A DNA stretch of 39,219 nucleotides, taken from NCBI GenBank assembly GCA_028706835.1, contig JAQTVL010000002.1, forward strand, positions 1-39,219, written 5' to 3'. The stretch's first letter is position 1. Every line of letters starts with the position of its first letter. A program made the translations under genes and the position numbers. The notes beneath the pieces are model-generated. The model was not told the origin of the DNA, did not search any database, and was given only the letters and a program-made list of their open reading frames with translations. This document shows, piece after piece, positions 1 to 7,900 of this stretch. Origin of the DNA: Phycisphaerae bacterium (GTDB lineage: Bacteria; Planctomycetota; Phycisphaerae; JAJVII01).

Positions 1-1114
1 GCTCGATCGGGCTGGTGATCTTCTGCCAGTGCGGGCACGTGATACAGGCCGCATGGCCGAGCGTCTCGTGTACGTTCTGGCATTTCCGTGGCCCCGCTGC
101 CTGCACGGCGTGGTCGAATTTCTCGTCGGTCTCGGCCGGCCTGTAATGCGGGTGCAACCCCGAAATCTGGTGCGCCTCGGCCCGTCCATCCTGGCACAAC
201 CCGACTACGGAGAGCCAGGCGTACCATTCCGGCTCCGGTAGCGTGGCGGCGTCGTCTTTGCAGTGCTTCATCCACGTACAGCCCGCGTAGATCGGCGGCA
301 GAACGGGCTTAGGCTTGTCGTCTTGACCTGGTGCCCCAGGTGCCGCGGCGGGGTCTTTCGCCTTTCCCGCCGGCCCGCGGGCTTTCCCCGTTAACGTCCC
401 CGCGGGGTCGAACGTCACGCCCAGGTGCTTGGCCCACTCGTCAAGCGTCCAGACGGCGGTCTCATCCTGACACACGAGCAGCCGGGCCTGCACCGGCGCG
501 AACTGATCGGGCGATTTGACGTTCCAGGTCCCTGGCAACCGTACCAGCCGGTGCAACGTCGCCGTCTCCGGCCCGTCGTGCATGGCGTTGAGGCCCGCGC
601 GCACGATCGCCTTGACGAATGCCCCCTGGGCTTCATTGTCGGGCGGCAGAATCACGGGCTGCGCTAGGCGAAAGAATCCCCAGGCACCGGGGTTCCCCGG
701 CCGGCCCGTGCCCCCGCTGGCCACGATCATCTGCGCGGGCGGCCAGCCGGCCTGCTCAAACCGCTGCGCCGCGGCTTCGGGCGGCATGGTGTCCAGATCA
801 AACCACAAATACCGCACGATCGCAATGTCGGCATCCCCCGCCGACCGCGTGCCCATCCGCTGCCGGAGGACATTGCAACGCACATAGATATTGTCGTAGC
901 TCGGCCCGCCGTTGAAGCGTTCGAGTTGCTCGAAGGTGCGTTCATTCAGTTGGCCACGCGCAAAGCACAGGTTTGCGCCCCAGGCGGGGACTCGACCAGT
1001 CTCCGGCTTTTGATAACTCTGGATCTGAATCAAATCCTGCGGCTGGAACAGGGTTTCCAGGAACTCCCGGGCCATGACCCGGTCCAGAATCAGCGGGGCG
1101 GTAGGCAAACTCAC
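1..1114 (-). CDS. AEP (primase-polymerase)-like replication protein; 3' end lies outside the window
   Basis: Absent from the ORF track because it has no stop inside the window. The reverse frame is open from GTG 1114 (GTGA overlap with the upstream stop) to base 1: VSLPTAPLILDRVMAREF...YLWFDLD...VASGGTG...RLVRLPGTWNVK...CTWMKHC..EPEWYAWLSVV...CITCPHWQ. The hhhDhD and RLPGT.N.K motifs fit archaeo-eukaryotic primase motifs I and III. The C-terminal part is Cys/His-rich. Confidence 0.6.
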   Translation of the reverse strand, partial: MSLPTAPLILDRVMAREFLETLFQPQDLIQIQSYQKPETGRVPAWGANLCFARGQLNERTFEQLERFNGGPSYDNIYVRCNVLRQRMGTRSAGDADIAIVRYLWFDLDTMPPEAAAQRFEQAGWPPAQMIVASGGTGRPGNPGAWGFFRLAQPVILPPDNEAQGAFVKAIVRAGLNAMHDGPETATLHRLVRLPGTWNVKSPDQFAPVQARLLVCQDETAVWTLDEWAKHLGVTFDPAGTLTGKARGPAGKAKDPAAAPGAPGQDDKPKPVLPPIYAGCTWMKHCKDDAATLPEPEWYAWLSVVGLCQDGRAEAHQISGLHPHYRPAETDEKFDHAVQAAGPRKCQNVHETLGHAACITCPHWQKITSPIE

Positions 1115-1725
1115 GCCGAGGCCTCCGCCGACCCCGATTCAACCGCAGAGGCCGCAGAGGACGCAGAGGACTCAGAACTCGGGTCGTCCACAGGAGTCCT
1201 ATGCCGCTCTGCGCCCTCCGCGTTCTCTGCGGTCTTTCGTTCCTCCCTGACTTTGTCCAGCCACGGGCCTGCCATCCAGATATGACTGCTGAGGATTTCA
1301 CGCACCGCGGGCACCGACGGCCGCGCCCACTTTTGCCGCGGGAGCAGCACGGCCACGCACTCGGCGGTCAGCTTCGCTTTCGGCCAGCGGGCCTGGATCG
1401 CCCGGACGGCCGCCCCCAGCTCGGCCCACATGCCGCCTTCGAGCGTCGCGGACGGGCTATAACTGACCTTGCGGGGCTGCCCGTCCCAGCACAGTTTCAG
1501 GGCCCGCAGTCGCCGCCCCAGGTACTCGGCCGAGACGTTGTGCGGCCGCACGACGTCCGACACGACGACGGCCAGCACGGTCAGCGGCCGTTCGTGCAGG
1601 GCATACGCCGGCAGTTCCAGCTCGTGTTGTCGCAGCCACCGGTCGATGGCGTTCCGCAGCCAGCGCCCGTAGTTGCGCCGCTTGTCCGCTTTCCCGCGTA
1701 CGAATTGTTCGCGCTCGGCTTCCAC
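1111..1725 (-). CDS. Hypothetical phage protein (204 aa)
   Basis: Track ORF. GTG start preceded by AAGGATGG; stop overlaps the next start (GTGA). Balanced composition with an acidic Ser/Ala tail, whereas overlapping alternative frames are Arg/Pro-rich. Confidence 0.55.
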   Translation of the reverse strand: MEAEREQFVRGKADKRRNYGRWLRNAIDRWLRQHELELPAYALHERPLTVLAVVVSDVVRPHNVSAEYLGRRLRALKLCWDGQPRKVSYSPSATLEGGMWAELGAAVRAIQARWPKAKLTAECVAVLLPRQKWARPSVPAVREILSSHIWMAGPWLDKVREERKTAENAEGAERHRTPVDDPSSESSASSAASAVESGSAEASA

Positions 1726-1752
1726 TCACGCACCATCCTTGGCCCGCACATC

Positions 1753-1794
1753 CGGGGACAGGCTCGGCGGTTACTCGCGCCGGGCCTGTCCCCG
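1753..1794 (-). other. Stem-loop (11-bp perfect stem CGGGGACAGGC/GCCTGTCCCCG, 20-nt loop) between small ORFs and the 204-aa gene
   Basis: Inverted repeat read directly. It starts 5 nt after the TAA at 1799-1801. No U-tract follows, so it is not a canonical terminator. Confidence 0.3.
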
Positions 1795-1851
1795 TTCGTT
1801 ATCGCCCCAGCCAAATCAACCCTTCGACACCGATCGTGATGAGCTGGTCGA

Positions 1852-1968
1852 TCAGCGTGTGGTCCCAGTCCGGGCCCGCGGTCCACCAGGACTCGAAGGC
1901 CTCCCACAGCAGCCGAGCAAGCTCAGCGCCGCCAGACCGCCGCCGATCCACAGGAGCCGTCGTTTCAT
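1852..1968 (-). CDS. Possible small lipoprotein-like ORF (38 aa, MKRRLLWIGGGLAALSLLGCCG...). An alternative overlapping frame 1799..1951 (Trp-rich, ...LLWEAFESWWTAGPDWDHTLIDQL...) cannot be excluded
   Basis: The ATG at 1968 forms an ATGA overlap with the stop of the 90-aa ORF. Signal-peptide-like N-terminus with an L-L-G-C lipobox. The other frame ends right before the 1753-1794 hairpin. Too short to decide. Confidence 0.25.
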   Translation of the reverse strand: MKRRLLWIGGGLAALSLLGCCGRPSSPGGPRARTGTTR

Positions 1969-2237
1969 GCCGCACCGTCCTTTCCATGAACCTGCCCCCG
2001 GCAATTCGCCCCGCACAAGCGCGAGCACGCACAGTCCTCATTATCCAGGTGCTCACCGCCGCACTCGGGGCACTCGACGCTCGCCGCCGGCGGCACCGGG
2101 GCCAACGGCACGGCCGCCACAATCGCCGCCGCCTGGACCTGGGCCAGGTCGTCACGGTCCGTCAGGGTCTGAATCATCCGGCCCTCACTTTCCAACGTCT
2201 CGGCCAGCCCGAACATGTCGTTACCGTGCTGCATCAT
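1965..2237 (-). CDS. Small Cys-rich hypothetical protein (90 aa)
   Basis: Track ORF MMQHGNDMFGLAETLESEG...CPECGGEHLDNEDCACSRLCGANC. The CxxC-containing cluster suggests metal binding. Co-directional and coupled with its neighbours. Confidence 0.45.
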   Translation of the reverse strand: MMQHGNDMFGLAETLESEGRMIQTLTDRDDLAQVQAAAIVAAVPLAPVPPAASVECPECGGEHLDNEDCACSRLCGANCRGQVHGKDGAA

Positions 2238-2303
2238 CGTGTCACCGCTCTTCCTGCGGCTCTTCCCAGAAGTGGGCCTGCTCGCTCTCGGGCACGTGGA
2301 TGA

Positions 2304-4055
2304 TCATTTCCCCACCCGCACTTTCCGCCCGCGGCGGGCCTTGCCCTTTGTGCCTTTGTGCCTGCGTGCCTTAGTGCCTGTTTTCGTGGGCCGCTTGCCG
2401 CGGGCTTTCCTGACCGCCTTGGCGATCTCGGTCCCCGTCTTGTCTTTGCTCTTTGCGCTTTCAGATTTGAGATCCTTCGCCGGGGGCTCCGGCTCGGTAT
2501 CCAGCTTGAGCCCCAGCGCCTTGACCATCGCCTGCGCCGCGGCATGGCCGTCCGCTAGATTCCCGGCTTGTGGCCCGGCGACTTCTACGCTGTCCCGCCA
2601 GAGCCGATTCAAGTTCTCGCCGAGCCCCGCCAGCGCCTGGGCGGCCGTCATTTTGTTCAGGGCGGCCCACCGCTTCGCATCGGGCAGCCAGTCCTCCGAA
2701 TCGAACGCGACCGCGAATTGCAGTGCCCGCGGCTTGATCTTCCGCAGCAGTTCCGCTCGGGCCAGCTTGGCGAGCGCGACCCGCGCCGCGGCGACGTACG
2801 CCACCTGCTTCTTTCGCGTGGCGACCTGGGCCGCGGATTCCTGGGGCACGGCGCGGCCGTACCTCGCGCCCCGCGGCACCGCGCCCTGACGTACGATCCA
2901 AATGACCTTACCGGCCGCGGCCGGATCGGCGACGATCGCCGGCTCGGCCCCCGGCGTGTCCTTCCGGCACGGACTGAACGCGGAACAGCCCAGCACGGTC
3001 TTTTTGCCGCAGACCTTGGCCACTTGTTTCCGGGCCTCGGCGCCGAGCGTGTAATGCTTCTCGCTGACGATCGCCGCCGCCGGCAGCTTTTCCGCCGCCC
3101 GCGCAACGGCGGCTTTCGCGTGCGCCGCCAGCTTGCGCGCGTAGCATTCCGGGACCCGGCACTGGCCGCCGGGGCGGGCGGGCGTCTGGAGCATCAGTGG
3201 ATCGCCCGATTCGTCGAGCCGGTGCGGACAGGTGCTGCACGCCCCCGCCTTGGGCTCCAGCGCGGCGTCGTCGAGCTTCCACGGCGCCTGCGCGAGCCGC
3301 CGCAGATACGTGCGGTTGATCTCGCTGCGGAGCTGTTTGGCCGTGCGAATCCACTTCGTGGCCAGGAGCCGCCGCTGAGCGTTTTCGGGCACGAGCGCCA
3401 GTTCTTCCAGCATGCTCGCCGGCCAGCGCTCTTCGCCCGGCATCTTTTCCCACGCCGCGATCGTCGCGGGCGCGAGTCGGGTGAGCTTGCTCCGCCGCGA
3501 CACCCACGCCGGCGACTTGCCGAGCGCCTCGGCGAGCTCGCGGACGGTCCGCCCCAGCGCCAGTTGCTGCGCCACGGCCGCGCCCTCCTCGATCGGCGTC
3601 AGGTCCTGGCGGTGGAAGTTCTCGACCAGGGCCGCCAGCTCGGCCTGTTGCTCGGTGAGTTCGCGCACAATCGCCGGAATGGTTTTCCAGCCGAGCTTGA
3701 CGGCCGCACGCCACCGCCGTTCCCCGGCCACCAGCTGATAAAACAGCAGGCAGCTCGGGTGGTTTTGCGGGCTCTTGCGGACGACGATCGGCTCGATCAG
3801 ACCCGCACGGCCCAGCCCCGCGCACAACTCGGCAAAGGCGGGGCTGCGCTCGTCGCACTTGCGGTTCAACGGGTTCCGGTCGATCACGTCCACCGGCAAG
3901 AGGCGCAGGTCCTCGACAACGGAGGGGGCGGCGCCGGGCGGCGTGGTTCCAACGGAGGGGGTTGGAGTGGGTCGGCCGGCCCGGCGCCTTACGCGGGGCT
4001 GCGTCTCGGGTTCCGCGGCGGGCGCCGCGGTTTCGGTCAGTTGGTCGATCGCCAT
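2304..4055 (-). CDS. ParB/Srx-fold N-terminal domain protein with HTH, long C-terminal extension and Lys/Arg-rich tail (583 aa from the ATG at 4055)
   Basis: LPVDVIDRNPLNRK...LIEPIVVR...YQLVAGERRWRAAVKLGWKTIPAIV matches the ParB N-terminal arginine-patch motif, followed by an HTH-like GRTVRELAEALGKSPAWVSRRSKL. The ATG at 4055 has a GAGGAA RBS. The track's upstream extension (to 4136) only translates the palindrome at 4097-4111. Confidence 0.85.
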   Translation of the reverse strand: MAIDQLTETAAPAAEPETQPRVRRRAGRPTPTPSVGTTPPGAAPSVVEDLRLLPVDVIDRNPLNRKCDERSPAFAELCAGLGRAGLIEPIVVRKSPQNHPSCLLFYQLVAGERRWRAAVKLGWKTIPAIVRELTEQQAELAALVENFHRQDLTPIEEGAAVAQQLALGRTVRELAEALGKSPAWVSRRSKLTRLAPATIAAWEKMPGEERWPASMLEELALVPENAQRRLLATKWIRTAKQLRSEINRTYLRRLAQAPWKLDDAALEPKAGACSTCPHRLDESGDPLMLQTPARPGGQCRVPECYARKLAAHAKAAVARAAEKLPAAAIVSEKHYTLGAEARKQVAKVCGKKTVLGCSAFSPCRKDTPGAEPAIVADPAAAGKVIWIVRQGAVPRGARYGRAVPQESAAQVATRKKQVAYVAAARVALAKLARAELLRKIKPRALQFAVAFDSEDWLPDAKRWAALNKMTAAQALAGLGENLNRLWRDSVEVAGPQAGNLADGHAAAQAMVKALGLKLDTEPEPPAKDLKSESAKSKDKTGTEIAKAVRKARGKRPTKTGTKARRHKGTKGKARRGRKVRVGK

Positions 4056-4096
4056 GGGTTCCTCGCAGTGACGTGGCCGCGGCGGCGGCTGCGCCG

Positions 4097-4111
4097 TTTC
4101 ACTCTGAAACA
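4097..4111. promoter_or_regulatory. parS-like palindrome copy 1: GTTTCA-CTC-TGAAAC
   Basis: Read directly. About 40 nt upstream of the ParB-like ATG. Same arms as canonical parS (GTTTCA-CG-TGAAAC) but with a 3-nt centre. Confidence 0.45.
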
Positions 4112-4526
4112 GCGCAGCGCCCGCCGAATTCTGCAATTTGTACTTGCCCCCGGCGCGGTCGAATGGCTAGCTTCGGAGAGGGGGGTAGCGTGGTTTAGGC
4201 ACGAGGCCGCCGTCCGCCCTCTTATCAGACCTATGGATATGCGGGTCCGAAAAGAGATATTATGTGGTGTTCGGGCGGTCCGGAAAGAACGCCCCCGGCG
4301 CTCGGTACGGTCGCCCGTCCGGCCCCCGCGGGGCCGACGCGGCCGTGAACCCGATAATCTCGCACGCTCCTGCACGTCCGTTGCTCCGGTCCGTTACAGC
4401 GCGAGAGGCGTCCAGCGCGGGACTCGGTCAAGAGGCTTGCGCGGCTGGGACGCCCCGGGGAAGTCCCCGGCGCCGGGGGCTAATTCAGTTCAAGCACGTT
4501 TGACGTTGACCGAGCCATGGGCGCGT

Positions 4527-4554
4527 ACACTAGCCCCATCGGCCGACTTGTCAA
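4527..4554 (-). promoter_or_regulatory. Sigma-70-like promoter candidate (TTGACA-16 nt-TAGTGT) pointing toward the ParB-like gene
   Basis: Hexamers read on the minus strand just downstream of the membrane-protein stop. The promoter consensus of this host is unknown. Confidence 0.2.
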
Positions 4555-4583
4555 TCCCCCTGGACGATATTTTTCGATTTTTC

Positions 4584-4853
4584 TTATGGTAGCTTCCGAC
4601 CCAGCCAGGCGAAGAATACCACGGGCACCAGCGGGGTCGCACCAAAGTACACCGGCCAGCGGTACCCCAGCCACGTCGCGTACGCAATCCACACCCAGGA
4701 AGCGACGATGAAGGTCCAGCGCGCCGCAGCCGTCCATCTATGCTGGTCGGAAACGATCAGGCTCACGACTACCCACGCCGAGGCCGCCCCGAGGAAGCAG
4801 GCTAGCCAAGGCAGGAACTCACCCCAAAATGAATCGTCTTCCAAGCCGCCCAT
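4584..4853 (-). CDS. Small integral membrane protein (about 89 aa, 3 predicted TM segments); holin-like or exclusion-like
   Basis: Track ORF 4584..4889. The internal ATG at 4853 gives MGGLEDDSFWGEFLPWLACFLGAASAWVVVSLIV...WTFIVASWVWIAYATWLGY..PLVPVVFFAWLG, with three hydrophobic stretches. Confidence 0.55.
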   Translation of the reverse strand: MGGLEDDSFWGEFLPWLACFLGAASAWVVVSLIVSDQHRWTAAARWTFIVASWVWIAYATWLGYRWPVYFGATPLVPVVFFAWLGRKLP

Positions 4854-4899
4854 GTACGCAGTGTAGCAAGTGCCCCCCCACCGCCGCAAGCAAATTCGC

Positions 4900-4977
4900 C
4901 TACGTGTACTGGCACCCGCCCGTTAGCAGCATTCCCAGGCCGTAGAGCCAGCTCACCCACAGTTGCAGATTGACCAT
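4900..4977 (-). CDS. Micro-ORF encoding a hydrophobic 25-aa peptide (MVNLQLWVSWLYGLGMLLTGGCQYT)
   Basis: Below the track size cut-off. The ATG at 4977 is preceded by AGGAGCACGACC (good SD spacing) immediately after the stop of the 1114-aa gene. Confidence 0.35.
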   Translation of the reverse strand: MVNLQLWVSWLYGLGMLLTGGCQYT

Positions 4978-4991
4978 GGTCGTGCTCCTGG

Positions 4992-7900
4992 TCACGCCGG
5001 GACCTTTTGGAGCTGTCGCCGCAGGCGCCCCCGCAGGCTGCGCAGCTCTTTCGCCCGGGCCGAATCCGTCAAGCCCATCGCTTCCAGGTTTGTCAGGGCC
5101 TCCTCGGTGCGTCCCAGGCTGCCCTGGATGCGGGCCCGCGCCGGGTTCACCCGCTGGGTGGACAGGCCGCCGAGCAGCGCCAACGCCGCCCCGCCGCCGG
5201 TCCGATTGCCGCCTCCGACCGCGGCCTGCGTCAGCGTCTCGGCCGTCTGACTGAACCGGCTGGACGGCAGGAACCGGGCCAGGTCCGCGATGAACCGCGT
5301 TTCCTTCTGGAGCGCCGGCGGCAGCTCGCCGATCAAGCGCGTCGTCGCCTTGTCCGGGGCCAGCTTGCTGCGCCCCGTCCGCAGGTCCGTGTCCGTCAGC
5401 ATTTCGAGCAGGAAGCGCGGGAACGGCGCCGCCTGCGCTGCGATCTTCTGGAGCGAGCGCACCGGCCCCTTGCCTTCGGTCCCGAACGAAAACGGCTCTT
5501 CCAGCGCCAAGCCCGGCGAGATGAACCGCGCCTGCCCCTGCGCGTCGCTCGGAAGCTGGAACGGTTGCCGTTCCTGCAGCCAGGTCGGCAGCAGCTCGCG
5601 GACACCCTGACTCCGCGAGCCGATCGCCCCGGTCGCATAGCCGTAGCCACGCAGCAGGTTCGGGTTCTCGACCACTTCTTTAACGATCAGCGGCAGCGCC
5701 TTGCGAACGTACGTGTAGAAATACGTGATCCGCCGCAACGTGTTGGACTCGAACCGCGACAGGTCGCCGTAGTCGAACAGGTATTTCTTGACCAACCCCC
5801 CCGCCTCACGATCGCTGAGCCCCCGCGCCTTGGCTTCCAGGAACATCGCCAGCCGCCGATTGTTCTCGGCCGCGTTACCTACGGCGATCCCGGCCTTGGC
5901 CCACGGCCGTAGGAAGGGCTTGGCCACGGCGCTTGCAGCCCGTGACAACACCCCGGGCGTCTCGCCGGGTTTCGCGCCGGGTCCCCAGCCCAGCAGTTCC
6001 CGCGTCTCCGGCGCCATGCCGTGCCCCACCGTCGCGTACTCGACGCCCTTTTTGTACAGGGCCATTTCCGCATCGGTCGCCCGGCGCGCGCCCGCCGCGA
6101 TCGTCTCGCCGGCCTCGGCCGCCAGCCGATTGGTCACGGCCATTTGCAGCTTGCCGGCCTTGAACAGGTACGTCGGATCGCGGAACCCGCCCAGGTACAT
6201 GCGAAAGACGTCGTCGATCGCGTTGCGGGCGTGGAACGCCGGGAACATCTGCGTGACCGCCAGCCGGTAGACGGCATTGGTCTTATTCAGGAATTTCCAG
6301 ACCTTGCCCATGGACTCCGGATCGTTCACCAGACGATCGACCTTGGTGATCTCGCGGGCGATCTCCGCCGGCACATACTTCCCGGCGAACGCCGTCCCTT
6401 CGAGCGCCTTCGCGATCGCCTCTTTGCCGACCGCCTGCGCCGGCAGCTCGACGCCGCCCACGCGGTTCAGCTTGAGCTGGGCAAGCAGGTCGGCAATTTT
6501 CACTGCGTCCGGCCCGGCTTTTTCCGCCGGCAACGCGAACAGCGTCAGCGCCCCGGTCGCCACGCCCGCCCCGAATTGCGTCCGCGAGCCGGACAGCAAC
6601 CGCCGCGTCATGCTTTCGGCCGGGTTCTCGACGAATAGATCGCCCGGCAGGCCGCGCAACCGTCCCAGGTCGTTAATGACCGGGACCGCCAGGCCTTTGA
6701 GTTCGGGCACCCGCTCCAGCGCATAGCGGCCGGAGGTCGGGAAATCCCGAATCACCGTGCGCAGCGGATCGTCCGCGGCCAGCTTCGGCAGCCACTTGAC
6801 CGCCTCGGGATTGAGCACCCGCTGGGTGTAGCCTAAGAGGTTGTCGCTCAGCGCCTGGAGCTTCTGTCCGCTCCGCACGTCGGCGTCAAAGCCCACGCCC
6901 AGCGCCGCCCGCATCTGCTCGACCTGGAACGCCAGCGGCTTGGGCAGCAGCGGCTGCACCTGGGCATAGGTGTCTTTGAGGCTGGTCAACGTCTCGATCC
7001 GGCTGGCCGTCTTGGCCTCGGCCGCGGCGCGCAAACCAGTCAGCTTCGTCACGCGTGCCACGTCGCCGGCCTGGAGCGCGTCGGCGATCGCCGCGTCCCG
7101 CTTGGCCAGGGAAGCCGCGTGCTTCGTCGTGAGTGCATCAATCTGGCCCGCGACCTTCTGCGCCGCTTCGTCGCCTTTCTCCAGCGCCAGGTAGGTCAGC
7201 GTCTTGGCGGCCTGGAGCGGCTCCGCGCGTAAAGGGATGGCCGTTTCGCGGAGCAGTTTGTCTCGTAAATTAGACAAACCCGCCGCCTTGCCGGTATCCC
7301 CGGCCGCCTCAGCGGCGGCGATCTTCGGTCCAAACCGCGTCCGAATCGCCTCCCGACCCGGCTCGGTCGACTCCGCCAGCCGTTTCAGGGCCCCCACCGA
7401 CTCGCCGGGCTGTTCGGCCGCGAACCGCTCGATATTGCCGATCGCCGCCCGGCCGGCCTGGCCGATCTCCCAATCCCGCAGTTCCTTCGCCCCGCGGGCC
7501 TGGGCGGGTATCTCGTTGAACAGGCTGGTCGGGTCCCGGCCAAGCTCCGTGCGCACGGTCGAAAGCGTCTCCGGATTCCAAGCTGCATCCGCCAATGGGG
7601 CACTGGCGGGCCGCAAACGGCTCGCCACGGGCTCCGCGAACCGACCGACCCCCCTCCGGGCGGCATCGAGGCCCCTGAAGGCCGCTCCGCTGGCTCTGCC
7701 GCCCGTGAGCGATACCGAAATCTGTGGCCCGATGTCGAACGGCAGGCCCACGGTCAGCCCCCGCCGGTAGCCCTTCGCGGCCTGCTCCGCCAGCGAACGC
7801 GGGAACACGGGCGCATCGGCCAGGGTGTACCCCTTGCGGCCCAGCTCGCCGGCCAGCTCCGCCGCCCGGGCCAGGGCCGGGGCGGTCTTTTCGAGCTTTG

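Noticed and set aside
4056-4136. N-terminal extensions proposed by the ORF track (also 22666..22911, 18840..18953, 14478..14630, 11497..11592, 30815..30853, 31821..31874, 37704..37766)
   Set aside because: In each case an internal ATG with a clear GGAG-type RBS or a stop-start overlap gives a better start. The extension crosses a palindrome, a terminator or the previous gene.
2568-4592. 674-aa plus-strand ORF antisense to the ParB-like gene
   Set aside because: Extremely Arg/Gly/Pro/Leu-rich with poly-R runs, as expected for a stop-poor antisense frame in GC-rich DNA. The minus-strand frame carries clear ParB motifs.
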